Of a stretch of DNA of 32,000 bases, positions 8,222-16,962 are shown one piece after another. Below the pieces are notes generated by a model. The model was not told where the DNA came from, did no database searches, and was given only the letters and a program-made list of their open reading frames with translations. How positions within the stretch are numbered: position 1 is the stretch's first letter; each line of letters starts with the position of its first letter. Source of the stretch: Bacteriovoracaceae bacterium UBA6200 (GTDB taxonomy: Bacteria > Bdellovibrionota > Bacteriovoracia > Bacteriovoracales > Bacteriovoracaceae); contig DISW01000023.1 in assembly GCA_002422605.1 (NCBI GenBank), positions 195,949 to 227,948 of the forward strand, written 5' to 3'. The position numbers were made by a program, and so were the translations under genes.

Positions 8222-10150
8222 ATGAATAAACCGTTTACTCCCCCCGCCAATGTTAAAGAAGTCCTCGATCGCTTAAACCGCCCTAAAACAGCAGTCATCA
8301 CAGGTGGCATGCCTTATGCCAACGGGCCTCTTCACTTAGGCCACCTTGCAGGGGCGATGGTTCCACCGGACATCATGGCCCGTTATATGCGGATGTTGAT
8401 AGGTCATGAGAACGTTTTATTTGTTAGCGGGAATGATGACCATGGTTCAACTTCGGAAGTCGCAGCACTGAAAGCTGGAATGCCTATTCGTGCTTTCATT
8501 GACTCCATTCATGATAAACAAGTCGCGACCATCAAGCGCTATGGAATTTCCTACGATATCTTCTCCGGTACTTCACAGCCTGACTGTTTTCCTACTCACG
8601 CTGAGACTTCTCAGGAATTCATGTTGGGTCTCTGGAAAAATGGAATGCTGGAAAAGAAAGTCACTAAGCAGTGGTTTGATCCAAAGCTCAGCCGTTTCCT
8701 GCAAGATAGAAACGTTACGGGCAAATGCCCTAATCCAAATTGTACGAATGAAACGGCCTATAGTGACGAGTGTGAAGTTTGTGGGACTCAATATGATCCT
8801 TCCGAACTCATCAATCCCAAATCATCGTTAAGTGATGCGACTCCGGTTTTAAAAGACACCGCCCATTTGTGGCTAAATATGTGGAAGGTTTCTGACCAGC
8901 TTCTGGCATGGATTAAATCCAAACAGAACAAGTGGCGTAAAGGCGTTTTTAATGAAGTATTCGAAACCGTTCAACCGGCCTTCCAGTTTGATAATACTCA
9001 TGAACCGATCTTTAAAGAAATGAGAGCTTCTCTTCCAAAACATAAAAGCCGTTATGCTCCCGGAAAGAAAGTTGTAGTTCAATTTGAGAATAAGGCCGAT
9101 TTTAATACCGGACTTGAAGCTTTTAAAGCGAAGAGTATTCCTTGTGAACTTCTCGACGGTTGGGCCCATCGTTCAATTACTCGAGATGTGACTTGGGGAA
9201 TTTCCGTTCCTTCTGAAATTGATCCTGAAATGAAAGAGAAGACACTTTACGTCTGGCCGGATTCACTTATTGCTCCTATTTCATTTACAAAAGTAGCTTT
9301 GAAGAATAAGGGACGCGATCCTCAGGAATATGAACGTTTCTGGAAAGATCCAGAGGCGAAGATTTATCAATTCTTAGGTCAAGATAACGTTTACTTCTAT
9401 GTTCTGATGCAAGGAGCGATGTGGCTTGGCACTCAGAAAGAAATCGATCGTCTTCCTGTGGCAGGTGAGTTTACCCTGACTGATGTTTTCAGCGTTTTCC
9501 ATCTGATGGTGGATGGTGAAAAAATGAGTAAGTCCCGAGGGAATTTCTATTCGGGTGATCAATTGACTGAAGAAATGGGTTTTGATCCGGATCAGATCCG
9601 TTACTTCCTCTCAACTCTGGGTCTTCCGGAGAAGCAGTCTAATTTTGATTTTGAGACCTTTAAGGAAAGAAATAAATTTCTCGCAGGCCCAATGAACGCC
9701 GCTATAGAAAAACCAATCTCAGCTGTTCACACTCGTTTTGAGGGCAAAGTTCCGGAGGGGAAGCTGCTTGAGAAAGCGGAAAAAGAAACAATGAAGATTG
9801 TTCAGCTTTATGTGAAAAATATGGAGAAGGCCGAATACTTAACTCTCTTGGGTCAAATTGAAAATTACGCGCGCTTAATTAATAGCTTCTTCGTTCAGTA
9901 TAAACCCCATGATGACCGTGCCGAGCTTGAAGGAAGGAAAGATGCTCTTTATAGCTCTTTCTATATCCTGAAAAACCTTATGATCATGCTCTATCCATTT
10001 GCCCCTCAAACCATGGATCGAGTCAGAGAATCACTTAATCTTCCGGAGAGTGTCTTTACTCTGGATGAATTAGGAACGGGAATTCCGGCAGGACATGCGA
10101 TTGGTCAGAAACAACAATATTTTCCTGCAGTAGAAGGGGCCACTGAATAA
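8222..10150 (+). CDS. metG: Methionine--tRNA ligase
   Basis: HIGH-type PYANGPLHLGHLAG, KMSKS (GEKMSKSRGN) and the zinc knuckle CPNPNC...CEVCG. Confidence 0.9.
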   Translation: MNKPFTPPANVKEVLDRLNRPKTAVITGGMPYANGPLHLGHLAGAMVPPDIMARYMRMLIGHENVLFVSGNDDHGSTSEVAALKAGMPIRAFIDSIHDKQVATIKRYGISYDIFSGTSQPDCFPTHAETSQEFMLGLWKNGMLEKKVTKQWFDPKLSRFLQDRNVTGKCPNPNCTNETAYSDECEVCGTQYDPSELINPKSSLSDATPVLKDTAHLWLNMWKVSDQLLAWIKSKQNKWRKGVFNEVFETVQPAFQFDNTHEPIFKEMRASLPKHKSRYAPGKKVVVQFENKADFNTGLEAFKAKSIPCELLDGWAHRSITRDVTWGISVPSEIDPEMKEKTLYVWPDSLIAPISFTKVALKNKGRDPQEYERFWKDPEAKIYQFLGQDNVYFYVLMQGAMWLGTQKEIDRLPVAGEFTLTDVFSVFHLMVDGEKMSKSRGNFYSGDQLTEEMGFDPDQIRYFLSTLGLPEKQSNFDFETFKERNKFLAGPMNAAIEKPISAVHTRFEGKVPEGKLLEKAEKETMKIVQLYVKNMEKAEYLTLLGQIENYARLINSFFVQYKPHDDRAELEGRKDALYSSFYILKNLMIMLYPFAPQTMDRVRESLNLPESVFTLDELGTGIPAGHAIGQKQQYFPAVEGATE

Positions 10151-10160
10151 GTGACCCCTT
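10134..10160. terminator. Weak hairpin between convergent metG and the OmpA-family gene
   Basis: AAGGGGCCAC / GTGACCCCTT pairs at 9 of 10 positions. The 7-nt loop contains the metG stop codon. No clear T-run on either strand. Confidence 0.3.
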
Positions 10161-10166
10161 TCATAT

Positions 10167-11495
10167 CTAGATACTTACTGGTGTAATGATGACATCAACC
10201 CGGCGGTTCTGGGCCCGGCCTTCTGGAGTCTTATTGGAGGCCAGAGGCTTCTCATAACCAAATCCTTCAGACTCTATATCTGTCACGATATCAGAAGCAT
10301 TTACTTCTAAGTACTTCTTAACAGCTTCAGCTCTTTGCTCTGATAGTTTTTGGTTGATTTCCTTACCACCAGTGGAGTCTGTGTGACCTTCAACAATCAC
10401 TTTACTTTGATCAAATTCAGAGATCACACCTTCTACTTTTTTAAGGAGAGCAAAGTTATCTCCCTGAATGACCGCTTGAGATTTTGGAAACTGTAGGGCC
10501 TTCAGGCGGATCACCAGATTCTCACCTTGTTTATAGACGTCAGCTTCATCAGGTGAAAAACGATTCCGGGCCTCTTCGTAAACAGCACTAAGTTTTTGAT
10601 CTTCACTTAACTGAGTATTAGTGGCCGAGAGGGATTCGGTAACCCCTTTTTCTCGTTCAAGAGCTTCCTGAGTTCTGGCAAATTTTTCATCTTCTGCCTG
10701 CATTCTTAAGGCCGTTTCTTCAGGAGTAGAGGCCGTAAGTCCTCTGGCCGCAGCAGTTGTCCCTTCAAGTTTTCTTGCTTCTTCGAGGGCCACAGCCGAG
10801 TAGATTTCGATCTCCGCATTATTGTGACGATGTTTTGTAATGAAGAGGTCAGCTTCTTTATACTTCTCGTTGGCAGAAGCCAGAGTTTTAGGGGCCAGGT
10901 TTTGGGCGCCATTTTTAACGGAATCATCAATTAAAAATTTTGCTTCGCCTAGATTCTGCTTTTTAATTGCGGCGAGCTCTAAATCCAAATAGGAAGTGAT
11001 AAACTGTGCTCGTTTTTCTTTTAGCTCATCATCCTTATCTTTCTCTATTTTAGTCGTTTCTTCTTTGATCTTTTTATCGAGGTTCGCAAGTTCCCCTGGT
11101 AATAGAGTGTCGGCATTGGCGGCCAGAGCGGCATCTCGAGCGATAATCACATCTCTGAGTTTCTCTCTATTCTCTTCAGCATTGTCCCTGGCGCGATCTA
11201 AGTAGGCCTGACCAAGGGCCACTTCTTTTAAAACCTTCTCCTTGGACTTATCATCCTTTTCCATCTTCCTGGCATTTTTTAAAGATGTCCTGGCCTCTTT
11301 AAAACTCACTGGTGCCAGGATGTCGTACTCTTCGCTTCGGGAGTTTTCAATGGCCATTTCAAGGTTGCCAATTTCTTGTTGGACATTGGCGGACTTAGGA
11401 AATTCCTTAATCTCCGGCTTACTACTACAGGCGGTTAAGCCAATGATAAGGCCTGCCATCAAGGTCAGATCCTTTATGCGTTTTCCAAATTTCAT
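10167..11495 (-). CDS. OmpA-family lipoprotein with a long coiled-coil N-terminal region
   Basis: Lipobox LTACSS. C-terminal OmpA-like domain (GHTDSTGG...NQKLSEQRAEAV...NRRVDVII). ATG at 11495 preceded by AAGGAG at 6-nt spacing. Confidence 0.8.
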   Translation of the reverse strand: MKFGKRIKDLTLMAGLIIGLTACSSKPEIKEFPKSANVQQEIGNLEMAIENSRSEEYDILAPVSFKEARTSLKNARKMEKDDKSKEKVLKEVALGQAYLDRARDNAEENREKLRDVIIARDAALAANADTLLPGELANLDKKIKEETTKIEKDKDDELKEKRAQFITSYLDLELAAIKKQNLGEAKFLIDDSVKNGAQNLAPKTLASANEKYKEADLFITKHRHNNAEIEIYSAVALEEARKLEGTTAAARGLTASTPEETALRMQAEDEKFARTQEALEREKGVTESLSATNTQLSEDQKLSAVYEEARNRFSPDEADVYKQGENLVIRLKALQFPKSQAVIQGDNFALLKKVEGVISEFDQSKVIVEGHTDSTGGKEINQKLSEQRAEAVKKYLEVNASDIVTDIESEGFGYEKPLASNKTPEGRAQNRRVDVIITPVSI

Positions 11496-11591
11496 ATGCA
11501 GCTCCTTGAAATTTTTAAACCTACAGGATGCGTGGTGCAAGTTGTGGACCAGAAATGTGTGCTATGCAAAGGAGTTGATAATAGATAGATA

Positions 11592-11637
11592 GAATTCGGA
11601 GTTAGTTGCTTGTTATGGGGCAACTAACTCCGAATTC
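11592..11637 (-). terminator. Very long perfect hairpin directly after the alcohol dehydrogenase stop codon
   Basis: 18-bp perfect stem GAATTCGGAGTTAGTTGC / GCAACTAACTCCGAATTC (11592-11609 and 11620-11637) with a 10-nt loop. On the minus strand it is followed by TCTATCTATCTATT. Confidence 0.55.
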
Positions 11638-12681
11638 TTAGAGGGACTTCATGTCGATAACGAAGCGGTATTTGACGTCATTTTTAACAGTGCGGTCGTA
11701 AGCCTCATTGATATGTTTAATATCAATCATCTCAACTTCTGAAGTTATATTATGTTTTCCACAGAAGTCTAAGAGTTCCTGGGTTTCTTTTATTCCACCA
11801 ATCAGAGAGCCGGCAATTCGTCTTCTTTTCATGATCAGCTGTCCACCGTGAAACTTATCGAGCAGTTCAACCGCTCCCACAATCACCATCGTAGCATCTC
11901 GTTTTAAAAGATTAAGATAAGGATTTAAATCATGGTGTCGTGGAATAGTATTTATCAAGAGATCAAATTTTTCCTGATAATTGGCCATCTGAGACTCATC
12001 GGTTGAGATGAGAACTTCGTGGGCCCCAAGTTTTCGAGCATCTTCAGCTTTCTTAGGAGAAGTTGTAATCATCACGACCCGCGCCCCCATTGCATGAGCG
12101 AGTTTAACACCCATGTGGCCAAGCCCACCGAGACCGATGATTCCTACCGTGTCACCTTCTTTAACTTTCCAATGACGAAGAGGGGACCACATAGTGACTC
12201 CTGCACACAAGACAGGGGCCATCGCCTTGGTATCCAGATTCTTAGGTATTTGAAGCACAAAGTTTTCATCCACCACGATCGATTCACTATAACCACCATG
12301 AGTGAAGCCACCAGACTTTTTATCTTCGCTATTATAAGTCGCGGTAAAACCATTTTCACAGTACTGCTCTAAATGCTCCTCGCAGGATGAACAAGTCTTA
12401 CAGGAGTCGACCATGCAGCCTACGCCAACCAGATCGCCCACTTTGAACTTTGTAACTTTGGGACCTGTCTCCGCAACAATTCCCACAATCTCATGACCAG
12501 GAACAATAGGGTAGTTGGTTCCTTCCCACTCGTTCCTTGCAGTATGAATGTCACTATGACAGATGCCACAGTAGGAAATATCAATCTTCACATCATAATC
12601 AGCAGGTGTTCTTCTTTTGATAGAATGAGGCTTAAGTTTATCCGTTGCCGAAAAAGCTGCATAGGCCTTAACTTGTGTCAT
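11638..12681 (-). CDS. Zn-dependent NAD(P) alcohol dehydrogenase (YahK / cinnamyl-ADH-like)
   Basis: GICHSDIH, GHEIVG, the structural Zn site CKTCSSCEEHLEQYC and GIIGLGGLGH. Start set at the ATG at 12681 (MTQVKAY...), which has an AGGAGA RBS. The longer ORF would overlap the upstream gene. Confidence 0.85.
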   Translation of the reverse strand: MTQVKAYAAFSATDKLKPHSIKRRTPADYDVKIDISYCGICHSDIHTARNEWEGTNYPIVPGHEIVGIVAETGPKVTKFKVGDLVGVGCMVDSCKTCSSCEEHLEQYCENGFTATYNSEDKKSGGFTHGGYSESIVVDENFVLQIPKNLDTKAMAPVLCAGVTMWSPLRHWKVKEGDTVGIIGLGGLGHMGVKLAHAMGARVVMITTSPKKAEDARKLGAHEVLISTDESQMANYQEKFDLLINTIPRHHDLNPYLNLLKRDATMVIVGAVELLDKFHGGQLIMKRRRIAGSLIGGIKETQELLDFCGKHNITSEVEMIDIKHINEAYDRTVKNDVKYRFVIDMKSL

Positions 12682-12694
12682 ATCTTTCTCCTGA

Positions 12695-13492
12695 CTATTC
12701 TTTTCGTAGAAATTTAAGAAGTTCTTTCCATGAAGCTTCATCGGCTGCCTTGTTATAGGCGAGAGGCATGTTGTATTTATTGCCAATTTCAGTTGCTTTT
12801 GGATTCGTAAAAGCGTGGGTGGCCCCTTGGTAATTAATAACTCTGTAATCGGCCTTAAGGCTTTTCATTTCTTTCTCAAATTGCGCCCGATCCTTGGCCG
12901 GAACCATTGGATCAGCTAAACCGTTAATCGCCAGAACATCGGCCTTAATGCCTTCAGACTCCATTGAACTGGTTAGACCTCCGTGAAAGCTCACGACTCC
13001 TTTAACATCAGCGCCGCTTCTGGCGACATTTAAGGCCTGAGTTCCGCCAAAACAATAGCCAATGACATAAATTCTTTCAGGATCAACATGAGGATTCTGC
13101 TTGGCCATTTCGATATATTTGTTAAGTCTTTCTACTCCCATTGAAGGGTCTTTATAGAAAGGAGTAGCAAGAGCTTCTGCTTCTTTCGGCGTTTCAACTG
13201 TTTTGCCGTTACCATAAAGATCTACAGCTAACGTAGCAAAGCCTTCTTGATTGAGCATAGATGAACGATTCATTAAGTATGGAGTTCGTCCCCACCACTC
13301 GTGAACAATTACAACCAGAGGAATTTTATCTTTAAAATCTTTAGGTAATTGGACTTTCGCTTCAAAGGCCACATCATCTTCAATAAAACTAACTTGAGAG
13401 GAGTAGGTCTCTTTCTCTGTCTTTTCTTTTTTCATATGACCACACGACGTTATTAGGAGACTGAACATTAGAACACTTAAAGCTAGTTTCAT
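12695..13492 (-). CDS. Dienelactone hydrolase family lipoprotein
   Basis: Lipobox LITSCG and the nucleophile motif IGYCFGG within an alpha/beta-hydrolase pattern. The ATG at 13492 has a GAGGG RBS. The GTG at 13504 used by the ORF track lies inside that RBS. Confidence 0.75.
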   Translation of the reverse strand: MKLALSVLMFSLLITSCGHMKKEKTEKETYSSQVSFIEDDVAFEAKVQLPKDFKDKIPLVVIVHEWWGRTPYLMNRSSMLNQEGFATLAVDLYGNGKTVETPKEAEALATPFYKDPSMGVERLNKYIEMAKQNPHVDPERIYVIGYCFGGTQALNVARSGADVKGVVSFHGGLTSSMESEGIKADVLAINGLADPMVPAKDRAQFEKEMKSLKADYRVINYQGATHAFTNPKATEIGNKYNMPLAYNKAADEASWKELLKFLRKE

Positions 13493-13589
13493 ATTTTCCC
13501 TCACTGATGAATGTTAACCAGCTTATTTTATCTTACTATCAGTGAGAGACAACGATAAATGTCTAACGGACTGCCTCCTTATAATGCAC

Positions 13590-14327
13590 CTATAATGATG
13601 AGCTGGTTGTATTGTCTTGTGCAGAATCTTTGGAACTCGTTGATACTTTAAGTTCCTCATAGCACCGTACAATGGCCTTTCCCAGGGATGAAGCCGACTG
13701 CGGATTTTGACCCGTCACAAGTCTCTCGGAAGTCACGACCTTATCTCCCCAATTAGGGGCCGACTCGTAAAAGGCTCCTCTTTCTCTTAAGCGCGTCTCT
13801 AGTAAGAAGGGGACGATGTGATCTTTCTTTACTTCTCTTTCTTCAGCGTCACTGAATGAATTAATCTTTTTATCTTGAACAAGATACTTCCCATCAGAAA
13901 GCTTCACATTAACTAAAGCGGAAGGGCCATGGCAAACCGCTCCGACAATCCCGCCATTTTCATAGATAGCAGCAGTAACTCTTTGGATGTCACGATTATC
14001 AGGAAAATCCCACATTGTGCCGTGTCCACCTGCAAAGTAGATGACTTGATAATTGGTGGGATCAATATCACTCATGGATTTTGTAGGAAGATGTTCTTTA
14101 AGATTAAATTTTTCAACGAAACTTTTATTTTCAGGATCGTCGATTTTGATACTGTCTTTTTCTACCGGCGCGTTTCCTCCTTGAGGACTCGCGAACTCAA
14201 TTTTAAAGCCTGCATTGATAAGAGGCCAGTAGACATGACTTACTTCGGCCAGGTACCATCCGGTTTTATCTCCTGTGTTTCCTAACTCACTATGATTCGT
14301 GACAACGATTAATGCATTCTTGTTCAT
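13590..14327 (-). CDS. DJ-1/PfpI family (type 1 glutamine amidotransferase-like) protein
   Basis: Nucleophile elbow GAVCHGPSAL. Length and overall pattern fit the family. Confidence 0.75.
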   Translation of the reverse strand: MNKNALIVVTNHSELGNTGDKTGWYLAEVSHVYWPLINAGFKIEFASPQGGNAPVEKDSIKIDDPENKSFVEKFNLKEHLPTKSMSDIDPTNYQVIYFAGGHGTMWDFPDNRDIQRVTAAIYENGGIVGAVCHGPSALVNVKLSDGKYLVQDKKINSFSDAEEREVKKDHIVPFLLETRLRERGAFYESAPNWGDKVVTSERLVTGQNPQSASSLGKAIVRCYEELKVSTSSKDSAQDNTTSSSL

Positions 14328-14396
14328 CTTTGACCTACCTGTTAGAGTTTAGCTTGATATACCTGCCGGGTATCAGGCCAGTCGTGAGGAGTCAGA

Positions 14397-14774
14397 ATGA
14401 AAATACTTTTGGGAATAGTCATGAGTTTGAGTCTGTTAACTGCTGTTCGTGCAAACACAACCTCACTTAATGAACTATCGATCAAGATCAATAAAGAACT
14501 TCCTGAAATCTATGATCATGCAACTAAGCTGGTCGGGACTTCAGTCCAAAATAATAATTTTTATTTTCACTTTTTATTGAAAGCAAGTGCCGACGAATAT
14601 AAGTGGGCCATCCCGAAAGTAAAAAAACAAGTTCTTAAAACTATTTGCTCAGGCAAAAGAGAAAGAGAAATCTTAATTCGTCACAAGGCCAATATTATTT
14701 ACCGTTATGAAAGTGATAAGGGGCAATCATTGGGTGAGTTTATGATAACGCCTTCCCACTGCACTAAAAAATGA
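14397..14774 (+). CDS. Secreted hypothetical protein (125 aa)
   Basis: Signal peptide MKILLGIVMSLSLLTAVRA and a GAGGAG RBS. Its stop overlaps the next gene's start (ATGA). Confidence 0.55.
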   Translation: MKILLGIVMSLSLLTAVRANTTSLNELSIKINKELPEIYDHATKLVGTSVQNNNFYFHFLLKASADEYKWAIPKVKKQVLKTICSGKREREILIRHKANIIYRYESDKGQSLGEFMITPSHCTKK

Positions 14775-15346
14775 ACCTCCTTTCTCAGGATGGTGAAGTT
14801 TATCTGTTTCAGGATTTCTTCTCAGAAGAAGAAAGAAAGAAATACTTCAAGTCTCTTCTGGCCGAAACACCCTGGGAGCAGAAACCGATTAAAATGTTTG
14901 GAAAAGAGATCATGCAGCCCCGGCTTACAGCGTGGTTTGGCGATGAGGGGATGTCCTATCGCTATTCTGGTCTCACCATGAAGGGCCATGTCTGGACACC
15001 AACACTTCTGGAAATTAAAGCGAGAATAGAGGAGAATGCCCAAGTTCGCTTTAACGGGGTTCTACTTAATCTGTACCGTAATCAGAATGATAGTATGGGT
15101 TGGCATCGTGACAATGAAAAAGAGCTCGGTCTTAATCCTGTCATCGGATCGGTTAGTTTAGGGGAGACAAGAAGATTTATACTCAGACATCGGGAGAAAA
15201 AAGATCTAAAATTTGAATTGGAACTTACAGACGGAAGTTTTTTATTAATGAAAGGTAAGACCCAGCATTTTTGGCAACATTCGGTACCAAAGGAAAATTC
15301 CGCTGCTGGGCCTCGTATCAACCTGACTTTCAGAATCATCAAATAA
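14771..15346 (+). CDS. alkB: AlkB-like Fe(II)/2-oxoglutarate-dependent dioxygenase
   Basis: WHRDNE (HxD), a downstream H in HSVPK, and RINLTFR (the RxNxTxR signature). Confidence 0.8.
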   Translation: MNLLSQDGEVYLFQDFFSEEERKKYFKSLLAETPWEQKPIKMFGKEIMQPRLTAWFGDEGMSYRYSGLTMKGHVWTPTLLEIKARIEENAQVRFNGVLLNLYRNQNDSMGWHRDNEKELGLNPVIGSVSLGETRRFILRHREKKDLKFELELTDGSFLLMKGKTQHFWQHSVPKENSAAGPRINLTFRIIK

Positions 15347-15347
15347 A

Positions 15348-15369
15348 GAAGACCCGTTTCCGGGCCTTC
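15348..15369. terminator. Hairpin between convergent alkB-like and small secreted protein genes
   Basis: GAAGACCCG TTTC CGGGCCTTC pairs at 8 of 9 positions. On the minus strand it is followed by TTCTTTATTTGA. Confidence 0.4.
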
Positions 15370-15383
15370 CCTACTGAATTATC

Positions 15384-15638
15384 CTACTCCCCGTAAAGCT
15401 TGGTCATTAAGGCCTGGCAGTCTTGGGCAAGGGACGTGTAAACGTTGCTCATGCATGCTCGGAAATGCGCTGGATCTTCACCTGCATCACCACAACCTTG
15501 GCGAGCGAGATCTTCAAAACAGGCACGGTTTCTTGAAATCTCTTCGGGTGTCGGGTTAGAAGTTTCACCCTCATAAGCGATATCCGCCATAGAGGCAAAG
15601 CTAAGTAAAAGACCAGTAATTAAAATTATTTTTTTCAT
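15384..15638 (-). CDS. Small secreted four-cysteine protein (84 aa)
   Basis: Signal peptide MKKIILITGLLLSFASMA, then four Cys residues in an acidic helical-looking sequence. Confidence 0.55.
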   Translation of the reverse strand: MKKIILITGLLLSFASMADIAYEGETSNPTPEEISRNRACFEDLARQGCGDAGEDPAHFRACMSNVYTSLAQDCQALMTKLYGE

Positions 15639-15654
15639 AAGTTATCCTTTTCTA

Positions 15655-16365
15655 TTAGAGAAAGCTTTTACCAATATCTCTGATTAAGTAGCCTACAGCA
15701 TAGGGAACTGAGTAAGGTCGTCTGGTCGTTGAAGATGAGTCATGTCCATAGCCCACCTTATGAAGCCACTCATGGAAAAGATTCGCGGCCACATTATTAA
15801 TCGTATAGTTGTTGAAGAACTTCGTATTAACGTTGATATAAGTTATCGAAGTATTCGTCCAACCGACGACACTGTTATTGGTGTAGTACATTTTTACACC
15901 CACATCCATGGTGTTATTTTTTGAAGGAGTTAACTTCTCTGCAGCATCCAGGATTGATTGGTAAATTTGAGCATTGGTCTTGCCATTATTATTTGCAAAC
16001 TGAGTTGCACCATTGTACTTGTGGTTTAAAATTTTTGTTCTAAAAGCTTCTGTTGCCACAACTTTTTTTACCAAAGCCACAGCTCTATCGTATTTATCAG
16101 CTTGGGTATTTGTTAAATTCATATAGGACACATTAGTCTTAAAAGTTCGCGCTTGTTCCGGAACTTTTGATGTTGGAGACGGTGGCGTCGTCGGAGTTGT
16201 TGGAGTTGTTGGTGTTTCATCTCCATCATTATCTGCGTCTCCGTCATTTCCATCGATTGGTTCTGTGACAGTATCGTCGATAGCGGGATCTGTAAGTGTT
16301 CCATCATCATTACATGAGACGATCATGAATGACATCAGGAGCATCATCACAAGCATTTTCTTCAT
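15655..16365 (-). CDS. Metzincin-like zinc metallopeptidase lipoprotein
   Basis: Lipobox MIVSCN, an Asp-rich and TPTTPTTPTTPPSP linker, then HEWLHKVGYGH, which matches HExxHxxGxxH exactly. The ATG at 16365 has a GGAAGG RBS and is preferred over 16431. Confidence 0.6.
   Translation of the reverse strand: MKKMLVMMLLMSFMIVSCNDDGTLTDPAIDDTVTEPIDGNDGDADNDGDETPTTPTTPTTPPSPTSKVPEQARTFKTNVSYMNLTNTQADKYDRAVALVKKVVATEAFRTKILNHKYNGATQFANNNGKTNAQIYQSILDAAEKLTPSKNNTMDVGVKMYYTNNSVVGWTNTSITYINVNTKFFNNYTINNVAANLFHEWLHKVGYGHDSSSTTRRPYSVPYAVGYLIRDIGKSFL
16175..16215 (-). repeat. Degenerate 9-nt tandem repeat encoding the Thr/Pro linker
   Basis: GGAGTTGTT occurs twice in tandem (16193-16210), flanked by related GGNGNNGTN units. 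On the minus strand this reads (TPT)n. Confidence 0.7.
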
Positions 16366-16475
16366 GAGCCTTCCTTTGTTTGGTTCGTGTTTTGATGCAT
16401 GTGATCTTGCTACAAAGCATTTTACTTCCAAAGGTGGGGAAGTTTTTCCGAAAATGGAGTTCCATATTTATTCAA

Positions 16476-16515
16476 GGATTATGGATTATGAGTATTGATT
16501 TTGGATTGATTGTGG
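16476..16515. repeat. Two sets of short tandem direct repeats in an intergenic region
   Basis: GGATTAT GGATTAT at 16476-16489, and ATTGATTTTGG ATTGATTGTGG at 16494-16515 (11-nt period, one mismatch). Confidence 0.6.
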
Positions 16516-16545
16516 AAGATGTTTGGAGAGAGTATGGAAGAAATC

Positions 16546-16962
16546 TTATTTCAAAGCGCTTTTCAAAACAACCCAGGGAAGAAGTGCACACATCTTCCGA
16601 GAAGGGGTGACTTTGATGTGTTCAAAACAAAGAAGGAATTCTATTTCAGACGGCCATTCTCCAATGTGGGAATCGGCGATTGTATTTTCAAAGAGTTCAA
16701 TCCAGGTTCGGACCGTCGTTACTTTTTTACCTGAAATTTCGTGAGTTAAAACTGATGCAGAAGCTGAACAAATTGCACAGGCTTGGGCCTTGAAGCCAAT
16801 GTTCTTTATTTTATTTTCTTCAATTTCTAATTTAAGTTCTACGTGATCACCACAAAGTGGATTTATTTTTTGGGATTCGCGATTAAAGTGTGGAGGAAAG
16901 AAACCATTCTTATCTGATCGGGCATGCTCAAGAAGTTTTTTTCTCACTTCTTCCTGATTCAT
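16546..16962 (-). CDS. SufU/IscU-like (NifU N-terminal family) Fe-S scaffold protein
   Basis: NPLCGDHVEL, GFKAQACAICSASASVL and PSRKMCALLPW give the three conserved Cys contexts. Confidence 0.8.
   Translation of the reverse strand: MNQEEVRKKLLEHARSDKNGFFPPHFNRESQKINPLCGDHVELKLEIEENKIKNIGFKAQACAICSASASVLTHEISGKKVTTVRTWIELFENTIADSHIGEWPSEIEFLLCFEHIKVTPSRKMCALLPWVVLKSALK

Noticed and set aside
11242-11592. Long ORFs antisense to or out of frame with confident genes: 11242-11592, 12019-12372, 13929-14285, 17635-17979, 26608-26964, 5974-6291 and 8490-8831
   Set aside because: Each lies wholly or mostly inside a gene with strong family motifs. Their translations are low-complexity with no motifs, so they are most simply explained as chance open frames.
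11598-11606. Shared 9-mer GGAGTTAGT between the 11.6 kb hairpin and the IS interior (about 23459-23467)
   Set aside because: A single 9-mer match is near chance expectation in 64 kb of two-strand sequence, and the flanks diverge quickly.
16265-16744. Cluster of four overlapping plus-strand ORFs (73-77 aa) around the 16432-16545 gap
   Set aside because: They overlap each other and the flanking minus-strand genes, and they have neither RBS nor motifs. The gap is better explained as a promoter or regulatory region for the metzincin-like gene.
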